From NCBI RefSeq assembly GCF_963921235.1, contig NC_086108.1, forward strand, positions 77,750,001-77,814,000: a DNA stretch of 64,000 bases, in the 5' to 3' direction. Below the pieces are notes generated by a model, which saw only the letters and a list, made by a program, of their open reading frames with translations, was not told the origin of the DNA and did not search any database. Source of the DNA: Mobula hypostoma. Lineage: Eukaryota. Positions within the stretch are counted from its first letter, which is position 1, and each line of letters starts with the position of its first letter. Positions 1 to 11,320 of the stretch are shown piece by piece. A program made the translations under genes and the position numbers.

Positions 1-1914
1 AAGCCAGAATCCATGATCTTCATTCTTCCATCTTTCTGCTTACAGAATTCTTTTGGTAGTGATAAAATAGAAGTGGTGAAGGGGAGAGTGACAGTGAAAG
101 TGCTATGGCCTGGGGAGTCCTGTCAAATATACCTCGACAAGTTGTTTCAGTGCACCCTGTAGCTGGGACATGTAAGATTTGAGGAGAAGGTAGATACGTA
201 AGCAAATGGATGAGTGTTAATCAAACTTTCTTTTGGATAATGTCCAACATTTTGAGTATTATTAAGGCCTTCATCCATCAAAGCAATTAGAAAGTGTTTT
301 CTTTGCCTCATGGGACCTGGACATCATGACAAGATCACGGTGCCCTTGGGAATGTAGATGTAGTTTGCTTTCCAGCACCCCCACAGCCCATGTGGTAAAG
401 GTGCTCATGTGGGGCTGTTGGACAGGTAGTTCTAGGAATTAGCCTCATGACAATGTATGAGTAGAGAGGTACTTTAAAGGCAAACGGCATGAAATATTGT
501 ACAATCATAGAATCTTCTGTTAAGATAGCACCAAGCTGAGATGTCCATCAAGGTTGTGGTTCAGACATACAAAAGTTAGGGGCAAGTGATTGGAGTCTAG
601 CTTAGAGCACTGTATAATCAAAGGTTAGTAATACCCATGAACGGATGTTGGGCTGGCAGGCACTGAAGAAAAAGATCAGTAAGCCCTGTGGTCAATGGCC
701 AAGGTTGATGGCCCCATGGATGAGGCTAATGACCACCCCATAAGTTGGCAAGTCTTAGGGTTGAAGCCCATGTTTATCTGGAGGCTGAGATCCAGAGATC
801 AAAGTCATTTGATTGGCGAGTCATGGGGTTGATACCCAAAAGTCACTGGTTGAACTCCAGGGATTGGTGAGTCTGGAGGTTGAATCCTGACGGTCAAAAA
901 CCAAAGTTGGGATATGTTGAGGTTGATGCCCAAAAGTCAAAGCTCCTGGTCAGTATGTCCAAAGATTGGATGTCTGCGAGTCTGGACCAGGGACTGGAAG
1001 TTGGAGGCCCCATGTCCGTTCGATACACCCTCATTAGGTTAATGGCAATAGTAGATGTTTAAGGTGGTATGTTGGATCCTAATCAAGCAGTTGCTTCATC
1101 CTGAATGGAACTGGGCCTCTCAACATCAGCTGAAGCAGCACTCATTAAGGGAAGTAGAAAATATTCCATCATACCCTCAATCCATGTGCTGTAGATGACA
1201 GGAGACTGAGATGTAAGGAAGTATATCACTTTCTACAGAATGCCCAGCAGCTTATCTGCAATTATAGCTAGGATGTTGATGATCAAAGAAGCTAGTGATC
1301 CAATGCCACTAAATATTAAGGGATATGGTTATATTCTTTTCTTGCCGATCATGAGCATTGCTTAGTAGTTGTGCAGTATGAACATAGCTTGTCATTTATC
1401 AGCTTAAGCCAAAATGTTCTCCATTTGCTAAACGCAAGCACTGTTTTGTTATCTGAAGGAGTTGTACTTGCAAATGAATTCTGTGCTATTGTGAGCAAAG
1501 GCATGACGTCATTTCTGGCTGAAGATAAGCCTAGGACATTGCACTGTTATCAATACACTGGTGGTAGGGATTCAACATTAATGTTAAAGATTTCAGCAAC
1601 TAATACCCATCTTTATATCACCTCCATCGTGCTGATATGTCAGGTGGATGTTGCTGAAATATTTAGGAATATTAGCAGGTACCTGCATGGCCATGTCAGG
1701 TTGTTGCTCAGCAACCCCTTGTGAAAACTTTCCCAGCCAGTCCTCGAACAAAATAACTTAGTAGGTACAACTAGCTGCAGGAACATCGGTTGAGTTCTAA
1801 CTTAATGTTTAGATGAAAACGATGATCTATCTAACTTTTTCTGGCTCTATTTATTGCTGTTAAAAAATGACTAGTGGCTTATGTGTAGGTTTGGAAAGCA
1901 GATAACAGTCAGCT

Positions 1915-2120
1915 CAGAGATAAGAGAGGATAGGAGTCAGAGAGAGGTCAAATTGGGGATAGAATGCAGGTTTCCTTCCTTGAAGAGTGTAAGTGAACCA
2001 GCTGGATTTCACAATGATCCATGAACATCGGGGACTAATATTGATTTCATATTTTCTGAGACATAAAACTGAATTGACATTGTCAAACTTTACTGGTAGG
2101 ATCTGAGTTCCTTGGATCAC
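1915..2120 (-). mobile_element. Old degenerate SINE-like interspersed repeat
   Basis: Motifs 'tttccttccttgaagagtgtaagtgaaccagctggattt' and 'aactgaattg...gtaggatctgagttc'; a related degenerate copy appears on the + strand at ~10740-10937. Family recognised from memory of shark/ray repeats. Confidence 0.4.
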
Positions 2121-2629
2121 AGAATCACAGAGTCATAATATACAGAAGTAGGCACACTGGTCCATGATATCGATTGCGACCATCAAGTACTTATCTATAT
2201 TCATTATATTATTAGGACATCGATCAATAATTCAGCAACAAAGCCAATAAACACTATGATCAATCTTTGTACCAGCTTATAAAACATAGAAATATTCCTG
2301 TATACTTTCACTCTTTTTTGTTACAGCTTTTGGAGACCCTCTTGTATTTATTAACTTAAAGGTTGCATATAATGAAATTACTACTCACAGGCAATGTGGA
2401 GAAGATTGGCTAATTCCCCAGCCAATCAAATTTCCACAAAAGACTGTTTACTGTGAGGTCCAACAACTACTGATCTCCAACCACTACCCTTGCACCTCCC
2501 TGCCTCCCACTCCTTGGCTGCCACAGTGTTGTCAATTGAGAGTATTCTTAACAAAGTTGAAGGGTCCTACAAGAATATGTTCTTCACTTTTTAAATGTGT
2601 ATGTAAATGATACCAATAAACACAACTTT

Positions 2630-3000
2630 GTTGTGTGTGGAGGCTCGCTTGCCTCAATGACCAGGAGAGTCAGGACTTTATGCCTTGGCTCTTCATAGCG
2701 TACCCATGCCAAACAGGTCAAGGGGTAGAGACCAGGCTAAGAATGATCCACTGCTCCTCTAGGTTTGGGAGTTCAGCTCAGGGCTAACACCCTTCTCTGG
2801 TAAAATAAAATTGTTACAGAAACAGCAATGAAGAATCCTTTATCGGAGTGGGATAGTATTCCTGAGTCTCCACCTGAGACTTGCATAACTGACAGTAGTG
2901 AAAATCAAAAGGAAGTTGCTGACACAATGAAGGAAGCCATGAACACCACCAGAGATGGAGGATCTTCACTGCTGCCCTAAATGCTAGTGGCTTAACAGGA
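2630..3000 (+). mobile_element. Non-autonomous RTE-related short repeat
   Basis: Start 'tggaggctcgcttgcctcaatgacc...ggagtcaggac' recurs at the window end (63938-63992, 'tggaggcttgcgtgcctcagtgac...ggagtcagggc'); ends next to a (GA)n tract. RTE assignment is inference. Confidence 0.45.
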
Positions 3001-3714
3001 AAGAGAGAGAGAGAGAGGGAGAGAGTAGACACTGTACATGCCATTGAAGTAGCCAGGTCCAAATAGTCAGGATGGGAATGGATAACCACCATGCCATACA
3101 ATTTGGGGCCAGTTTTGCCACCTGTAAATTGGGCAATGACCAAGTCTTTTAATAAGTTGATATCCAGTGTATCTGGGCAGAGCAGCTACCCATGCAGTAA
3201 TTGTATTCTGACCTCTGTATTCTCCTGGGCAATCATGGTAAGCAGAAATGGCTGCAGTGGCTCCAAATACTACATTAATGTCCATTAGGGGCATTAGTGT
3301 CCAAATGGCCTTGACACAGAATTATTTAGCTCGGTTTCATGCTCAAGAAGTCTAAGTGAAGGTACTGAAAGATATAAAACTACATTGAAAGGTGCAGGAA
3401 ATCACTGCAGCAGCAAGTCATCTCAAAGAACCTCCAAGATTTATACCTGCTCAAAACACCAGGTGCACCAGACTATTTGTATTCTGGTCCTTTATGAAAC
3501 ATCAGTACCTGGGCAACTTCTGAAATAGTGTACCAACCTGTTTTAAAACTGATGATAGGATTTTACTGACTTTTATGATAGAAATCAAAAATGACATATA
3601 TTCTGTCTATGTGCTGTGTATGTTCTGGTTTAGAGAATCAGGGAAAGTCAGTCATCACTTTCTCAGTTGTGGATTGTACACCGTGCATTGATATATCATA
3701 AGGGGCATCTGTAA

Positions 3715-4842
3715 GGTATTGGGGTAAGGTATTGGTGTGGGTGGAGAATTGGTTAGCAGACAGGAAGCAAAGAGTGGGAATAAACGGGACCTTTTCAGAA
3801 TGGCAGGCGGTGACTAGTGGGGTACCGCAAGGCTCAGTGCTGGGACCCCAGTTGTTTACAATATATATTAATGACTTGGATGAGGGAATTAAATGCAGCA
3901 TCTCCAAGTTTGCGGATGACACGAAGCTGGGTGGCAGTGTTAGCAGTGAGGAGGATGCTAAGAGGATGCAGGGTGACTTGGATAGGTTGGGTGAGTGGGC
4001 AAACTCGTGGCAGATGCAATTTAATGTGGATAAATGTGAAGTTATCCACTTTGGTGGCAAAAATAGGAAAACAGATTATTATCTGAATGGTGGCCGATTA
4101 GGAAAAGGGGAGGTGCAACGAGACCTGGGTGTCATTATACACCAGTCATTGAAAGTGGGCATGCAGGTACAGCAGGCGGTGAAAAAGGCGAACGGTATGC
4201 TGGCATTTATAGCGAGAGGATTCGAGTACAGGAGCAGGGAGGTACTACTGCAGTTGTACAAGGCCTTGGTGAGACCACACCTGGAGTATTGTGTGCAGTT
4301 TTGGTCCCCTAATCTGAGGAAAGACATCTTTGCCATAGAGGGAGTACAAAGAAGGTTCACCAGATTGATTCCTGGGATGGCAGGTCTTTCATATGAAGAA
4401 AGACTGGATGAACTGGGCTTGTACTCGTTGGAATTTAGAAGATTGAGGGGGGATCTGATTGAAACGTATAAGATCCTAAAGGGATTGGACAGGCTAGATG
4501 CGGGAAGATTGTTCCCGATGTTGGGGAGGTCCAGAACGAGGGGTCACAGTTTGAGGATAGAGGGGAAGCCTTTTAGGACCGAGATTAGGAAAAACTTCTT
4601 CACACAGAGAGTGGTGAATCTGTGGAATTCTCTGCCACAGCAAACTGTTGAGGCCAGTTCATTAGCTATGTTTAAAAGGAAGTTAGATATGGCCCTTGTG
4701 GCTACAGGGATCAGGGGGTATGGAGGGAAGGCTGGGTTCTGAGTTGGATGATCAGCCATGATCATAATAAATGGCGGTGCAGGCTCGAAGGGCCGAATGG
4801 CCTACTCCTGCACCTATTTTCTATGTTTCTATGTTTCTATGT
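3715..4842 (+). mobile_element. Young 5'-truncated CR1 (HER1-like) LINE
   Basis: Open ORF2 C-terminal part with RT motifs SGVPQGSVLGP, FADDTKL and LVRPHLEYCVQFW; 3' tail (TTCTATGT)n at 4819-4842. Confidence 0.95.
3732..4742 (+). CDS. CR1 ORF2 reverse transcriptase, C-terminal 336 aa (truncated retroelement ORF, not a host gene)
   Basis: Uninterrupted frame in the ORF track with the RT FADD motif; no endonuclease or N-terminal RT because the copy is 5'-truncated. Confidence 0.85.
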   Translation: MVWVENWLADRKQRVGINGTFSEWQAVTSGVPQGSVLGPQLFTIYINDLDEGIKCSISKFADDTKLGGSVSSEEDAKRMQGDLDRLGEWANSWQMQFNVDKCEVIHFGGKNRKTDYYLNGGRLGKGEVQRDLGVIIHQSLKVGMQVQQAVKKANGMLAFIARGFEYRSREVLLQLYKALVRPHLEYCVQFWSPNLRKDIFAIEGVQRRFTRLIPGMAGLSYEERLDELGLYSLEFRRLRGDLIETYKILKGLDRLDAGRLFPMLGRSRTRGHSLRIEGKPFRTEIRKNFFTQRVVNLWNSLPQQTVEASSLAMFKRKLDMALVATGIRGYGGKAGF

Positions 4843-6799
4843 AAATTAGCACATTCGCCATAAGGTAAATCTTAATCATGGAACTATCTGCTGCAGCAAT
4901 AGTATGTAACTCCATTTCATTCTGGTAATCTATTATAATTATCACTTAATTATAATCCATGGACAATAATAGTCCCTTTAATGCTGCCATTCCCTTTAGG
5001 AATATTCTATGTGATTAAAGTGTCTACCACCACTTGGTCTTAAAGGTTCCAGAAAGAGGCCACTTAAAAGAAAACAACTGTAAGGATTTCTACAGGTGCT
5101 GGAAAATGGCCTATAAATAAAGTCACTGTGTTGATTATTTAAATCACTTTTTCCTGTTCCTGAGAGAATAAATAAGGGAGAAACTGAGACAGCTGTACTT
5201 TCAGAAAATCTAGATGAAAGTACCCAAAGACACAAGCCACAAGAATGAAAGTAGGAAACGACGTCATCTACAATTATGCACCAAGTTGCATCAAGAAGTC
5301 CCTGTTTAAGAGTTGAAACACAATCTGACCAAAAGATTAGATCTTTATGGTATATGTCATATTTGATTTCTATTACAGAAAATCAGTAAGAGCCGATCAT
5401 CAATTTTTAAACAGAGTGGTACATGATTTCAGAAGGTGTCTTAAGTATTGACGTGTCACTGCAAATTTAGGATATAAATTATGAAATAAACATTAATCAG
5501 AAGACTTTCTTCCAAGGCACAACCGTTCTACTCTATTTCAATTTTAACTCAGCAAAGTCAATTATTATAATTGCTCCATTTTATTTCTGGTGAGTCCAAG
5601 CATGCTTAAGAAGTACATACAGGTTATTTCATGTTTTAGTCTCAGGATCTAATACAAGCATTTATCAAAGGTTAAAGATCAAAAATTCAAATGTATTTTT
5701 CATCAAAAATATGTATGTCATGAAAAATGGATCAATTCTAATCCTTGTTTCTTAAAAAATATTGATGGCCAGCGAAAGATATAAATTCCTGCAGGAGTAG
5801 GAAAAAGTCTTTATCATGCAGTATTGAACAATAAATACTTGTTGAAATACATGATGCACCAGATGAAATGATATTATGTAATTGGATTCTGTCAACTGAT
5901 TGCATGTAGCACAAGCAGCTTCAATCATCTCTGCATCATTTATCAAAGGGAACAAAGTAAAGTTCACAATTCATTTTTGTTTCTTGAGTTGACCATGGAC
6001 ACGCAATGATAGTATTGGGAAAATCCACAGTCAACATCCTTTTAGTCTACCAGATGAAGAGATTAACACAAACTAACTTTGAAGACGAGGAAATAAGGAA
6101 ATGTTATTCTCAAAATATTGCCAAAATGAACTTCCTATTCTAAACTGTTTACCAATTTACAGTTGACCAATTGGATAAACTGGTTTAATTCACACAGTAA
6201 GGATTGAAATAATATGTTGCCAACTGAATTAAGATAGGAAAGTGATTTTGTTGGATAATATCTGATCTCTGTTAAAAAATTCTGGCTGGAAACTATCATT
6301 ACACACATGGTGAAAGGAAGTGGTCTATCTTTCTGCTAGTGGCAGTAATCATAAATGAAATACACTCATTTGCTTGACATCACTATTATAATTCATAAGG
6401 AATTCAGAGCCTCATCCATAGAGTATGCAATGGTAGTTAACCATGAACTGGAAATGCAGCTTATGTGTTTGAAACATTGTTGTGCCCAACTTAACTCTGA
6501 AATGGAACTTTATGGTGTGTGACCTTTGAGTTTTATGGTAAAATTAACCACAGAGTGTTTCAATCATTAAGGAATGTCATTCAACAAAGACCACAAATTA
6601 TTTGTCTGCAAAAGATGATTGGCACGTTATGACATCCTTCTCCTTGGCAGAATGGTTTAGGTAAGTAGTAGTGAAAGAGAGTTTGCCTCATGTTCTCATT
6701 CATGACTGAGGGCATGAAGTAAAAAGCTAGGTTAAGTTTGTAAGATATTACTTCCATGTGAGCTAGGAGAAGCAGAAATGATATCTCACGTAAGAGTCG

Positions 6800-8934
6800 C
6801 AGCCTGTGGAAAGCCACCAGTGAAGGAGTGGAGCTTTGAGGCTTTGACTCAAGAGATTCTGGCAGTTTTGGCAGTTGGACTGTGCAATCAAGTCAATCAA
6901 ATTTGAATAGCTCAGCAAAAAGCAGTTGATTAGACAATCAAGATTTGAAAAGCTTAGACTCAGCAGAAAGCAGCTGATTGGGCAATCGAGGTCAGGTGAC
7001 AAAGCAGTGAAAAGCTCAAATAAATAAATAGAAGGGTAGCTCAAGCAGAGCAGCCAGTGAGTGAGTGGCCCAGTGAAGGAGTGGAGCTTTGAGGCTTTGA
7101 CTCGAGAGGCTTCGATGAGAAGAGGCAGAGGACGAGCTTGTTCCCAGTTAGTCTTTACAATGCCTCCTAAGACGGTGATGTGCCTCTCATGTGAGATGTG
7201 GCAGTCTTGGGGAACCTCCCTCTCCCGCAGAGTCACATCTGCCAGAAGTGCATACGGCTGGGCGATCTGGAAGACCATGTAAGGAATCTGGAGCAGCAGC
7301 TGGATGACCTTTGACTCATAAGGGAGAATGAGGCAGTCATAGATGAGAGCTACAGGGAGGTAGTCACACCTAGGCTGCTGGAAGCAGGTCGTTGGGTGAC
7401 AGTCAGAGAGGGGAAAGTGGAGGTGAGCAGACAGGTAGTGCAGAGCACCCCTGTATTCATTCTCCTGAATAATAAGTTTACCATCGTGGATACTGTTGAT
7501 GGGGACGACCGACCAGGTGTGAGCCATGGTGGCAGGGCCTCTGGCAATGAGTCTGACGCTGTGGCGCAGAAGGGTGGGATGGAGAAGAGGAGAGTTGTCA
7601 TCATTGGAGACTCTATAGTCAGGGGAGCAGACAGGAAATTTTGTGGATGTGAGAAGGACACCCGCATGGTTTGTTGCCTCCCCGGTGCCAGGGTCTGGGA
7701 TGTCTCTGACCACGTGCACGACATCCTGGTACGAGTTCTTTGAGGAGGTGACCAGTCATATAGATGAGGGTAGTGCAGTGGATGTGATCGACATGGATTT
7801 TAGTAAGGCATTTGACAAGGTTCCTTACGGTAGGCTTATTCAGAAAGTCAGAAGGCATGGGATCCAGGGAAGTTTGGCCAGATGGATTCAGAATTGGCTT
7901 GCCTGCAGAAGGCAGAGGGTCGTGGTGGAGGGAGCACATTCAGATTGGAAGGTTGTGACTTGTGGTGTCCCACAAGAATCAGTTCTGGGACCTCTACATT
8001 TCGTGATTTTTATTAATGACCTGGATGTGGGGTAGAAGGGTGGGTTGGCAAGTTTGCAGATGACACAAAGGTTGGTGGTGTTGTAGATAGTGTAGAGGAT
8101 TGTCGAAGATTGCAGAGAGACATTGATAGGATGCAGAAGTGGGCTGAGAAGTGGCAGATGGAGTTCAACCCGGAGAAGTGTGAGGTGGTACACTTTGGAA
8201 GGACAAACTCCAAGGCAGAGTACAAAGTAAATGGCAGGATACTTGGTAATGTGGAGGAGCAGAGGGATCTAGGGATACATGTCCACAGATCCCTGAAAGT
8301 TGCCTCACAGGTAGGTAGGGTAGATAAGAAAGCTTATGGGGTGCTAGTTTTCATAAGTTGAGGGATAGAGTTTAAGAGTCGCAAGGTAATGATGCAGCTC
8401 TATAAAACTCTGGTTAGGCCACACTTGGAGTACTGTGTCCAGTTCTGGTTGCCTCACTGTACAAAGGATGTGGAAGCATTGGAAAAGGTACAGAGGAGAT
8501 TTACCAGGATGCTGTCTAGTTTAGAGAGTATGGATTATGATCAGAGATTAAGGGAGCTAGGTCTTTACTCTTTGGAGAGAAGGAAGATGAGAGGAGACAT
8601 GATAGAGGTATACAAGATATTAAGAGGAATAGATAGAGTGGATAGCCAGCGCCTCTTCCCCAGGGCACCACTGATCAGTACAAGAGGACATGGCTTTAAG
8701 GTAAAGGGTGGGAAGTTCAAGGGGGATATTAGAGGAAGGTTTTTTTACTCAGAGTGATTGGTGCGTGGAATACACTGCCTGAGTCAGTGGTGGAGGCAGA
8801 TACACTAGTGAAATTTAAGAGACTACTAGAAAGGTATATGGAGGAATTTAAGGTGGGGGTTGTATGGGAGGCAGGGTTTAACATTGTGGGCCAAAGGGCC
8901 TGTACTGTGCTGTACAGAACTATTCTATGTTCTA
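6800..8934 (+). mobile_element. CR1 LINE with 5' UTR, partial ORF1 and ORF2 RT 3' half; large internal deletion or chimera at ~7730
   Basis: ORF1 from ~7160 (CLSCEMW...HICQKC..LEQQLDDL zinc-finger/zipper; esterase-like [15 protein letters not shown]), then abruptly [46 protein letters not shown]; tail 'ttctatgttcta'. Frameshifts and stops present. Confidence 0.88.
6817..7103 (+). repeat. 34-bp perfect direct repeat in CR1 5' UTR (6817-6850 and 7070-7103) with degenerate subrepeats between
   Basis: ccagtgaaggagtggagctttgaggctttgactc occurs twice; 'gcag(t/c)tgatt..(g/a)caatc' units lie between. Confidence 0.85.
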
Positions 8935-8944
8935 CAACTCATAC

Positions 8945-9260
8945 AACATGAAGACAGGCCCTTCTGCCCATGGACTTTACAACTACCACCCATCTACACC
9001 AATTCTATAGTAGTAACCATTTTTTTTCTTTCCACTTTCTTATCAACTACTCCCAGACTCTACCGCTCACCTACACACTCGGGGCAATTCACTGTGCCCA
9101 ATTAACCCGGCAACTCGCATGATTTTGGAGTGTGTGAGGATACCTGATGAAATCCCATGTGGTAACTGAGAGAACATGCAAACTGCATACAGGAACACTG
9201 GAGGCCAGGATTGAACCAGGATCTCTGAATCTGTGAGGCCGTGATTTGACTGTGGTACCT
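8945..9260 (-). mobile_element. HE1/V-SINE-like tRNA-derived SINE
   Basis: Reverse-complement B-box-like 'ggttcaatcc' at ~9208-9218; conserved core 'gagaacatgcaaactgcatacag' and 'ggggcaattcactgtgcccaattaacc'. Confidence 0.7.
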
Positions 9261-9415
9261 TCCCTGCTGGCACAGTCTTCTCCTTCCTGCATCTGTATTA
9301 GCAATGTCCAATGCTAGATTGAAACTGGAACATTTCCTTGAGGATACTATGTCCCTTGAGTCCTGTTCCTGTTTTTGAACCTGCTTCCAAGACCTGACCT
9401 CATTCCTGCCAGTTT

Positions 9416-9600
9416 TTAAAGTTCAAAGTCAATTTATTACTTTTGTGTGTGTATGTCACCATGGACTACCTTGAGATTTATTTACTTATGGGAGTTCACA
9501 GTAGATACAAAGAAGCACAATAGAATCAATGAAAAACTACACACAAACAAATATGGACAAACAAACAAAGTGCAAAAGAAGGCAAATTGTGTAAAACAGT
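9416..9600 (-). mobile_element. Rex1-like LINE 3' end fragment
   Basis: Tail 'aaagttcaaagt' is the reverse complement of the (TTTGAAC)n tails at 15020-15033 and 21120-21133, with similar 3' UTR sequence. Confidence 0.6.
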
Positions 9601-10388
9601 TACATTCAATGGGTTACCTTCAGCACCCTGGAGCTCCTGGTTGCAATGCCCTTTAATAGCAGATCCAATTAATTACTTTGCAAAGACTGGGGACTTTCTA
9701 ATGGGGTGAAAATTGCGCCAAAAATGTAATTCAGTTTTCAGTTCTGCTGCAAACATTCAAAAGGGAGATCTTCAATCTTTAAGGTAACTTAAGATCAGCA
9801 TAATGGCTGGACTGAATGATTATCAGTTCATGATCAACCATTTCCTGCCTATGATAACCAAAATTTATTCATGCATATTATTAACAATAACTTCTATGCT
9901 TACACTACAAGGGGATTATTGGATGATTGTTGTAATATGGACGTGAATAGATTGTAACCTTCAGTAAAATAGAAGAGTATCGCGTGATCAAATTAAGGTT
10001 CAGCTGAGAATAATGTCAATAAGTAATCTTGATTTCCTATTCTGTCCAAATCGCCTTTTTGAGTTTCCCAAATATAATGGAAGGAGAATGCACCAAGTTA
10101 CGACTAGTCTCACTGTTCTTGTAGGAAGACCATTCCAATAAATGATACCTCTGCAGCCTGCTATTCTCCCCTGATCTTTTTTTCTTTTTCCTTTATTTTC
10201 CAAAATTCTCAGACTATATCCCTAGTTACACAAACCTGCTCAAGGACTTAACCCTTTAACCAAGAATGCAGTAACAAAATGGATATGTTACTGCAAAGTA
10301 ATTCAGAGGCTTTGACTAATGACTTCATTAAAACCCATTTAAAACACATTTGGCAAACATGTGTTTTAAATTCAGATAAGTAAATAAA

Positions 10389-10703
10389 GGCATCTGTTAG
10401 TCTTGCGAGACCATGGATCTGCGTCTGGATAGTCTTCACTCTCTTCCAGGGCGCAGGCCTGGGCAAGGTTGTATGGAAGACCAGCAGTTGCCCATGCTGC
10501 AAATCTCCCCTCTCCATGACACTGATGTTGTCCAAGGGAAGGGCATTAGGACCCATACAGCTTGGCACCAGTGTCGTCGCAGAGCAATGTGTGATTAAGT
10601 GCCTTGCTCAAGGACACAACACATGTTGCCTCATCTGGGGCTCGAACTCACGACCTTCAGATTGCTAGTCCAATGCCTTAACCACTTGGCCACATGCCCA
10701 CAC
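10389..10703 (-). mobile_element. tRNA-derived SINE with CORE-like domain, full length, 11-bp TSD
   Basis: Minus-strand A box TGGCCAAGTGG and B box GAGTTCGAGCC, then 'tgtgtccttgagcaaggcacttaatcac'; aagtaaataaa duplicated at 10378-10388 and 10704-10714. Confidence 0.85.
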
Positions 10704-11009
10704 AAGTAAATAAATGTATGAGAAAATATTCATATCAACAGTGGTGACAATGAAACCATCACATCAGCACAAAAAACAGTGAAACCTTTGGGAAAGAAAT
10801 CTGTCTGACACATACTGTAACAACTGATTCCTAGATTTCTATTCAAGTACTTTAGCTAAACTATTACTTTCAAGGGAAATTAGGAATGAAGAGTAAATGT
10901 TGGTTCTGCCAGAGCTATCTCATGTGAGTGAATAAAGCAAAGTCAAACTATTTGGGTCTTTAAGTGCCAACCACCAGTAAAAGTCAGAAGGAGAAGAAGG
11001 GTCTTTCTT

Positions 11010-11320
11010 GCAGCACAGTCAGAGCTGCAGTGCATCCATCTTCAGCGGCCTGTGTTCGATTCTAACCTTTGGCACTGACTGTGTGGAGTTTGCAATGCTC
11101 TGGTGTCTGTATGGATTTTGATTCATTCCTTTCTATATTCCAAAGACATATAAGCTGATAGGATAATTGACCAAGTTGGTCCTAGTGTGTAGGTCGGTGA
11201 TTGAATCTAGACAGCATTAATGAGAATATGGGGAAAATGGATTGTGGAGAAAAATAATGCCATTGCACAGAGTGCCAGTGTAGACTTGATGGGCCAAATG
11301 GCTTTCTACGATGGCATAAA
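11010..11320 (+). mobile_element. Degenerate HE1/V-SINE-like SINE
   Basis: B-box-like 'tgttcgattct', core 'ctgtgtggagtttgca', CR1-like tail 'gacttgatgggccaaatggc'. Confidence 0.6.

Noticed and set aside
6763..7719. 318-aa minus-strand ORF
   Set aside because: Antisense shadow of the CR1 5' UTR and ORF1; no independent protein motifs.
10640..10703. tRNA gene
   Set aside because: A and B boxes are present but it is the head of a TSD-flanked SINE.
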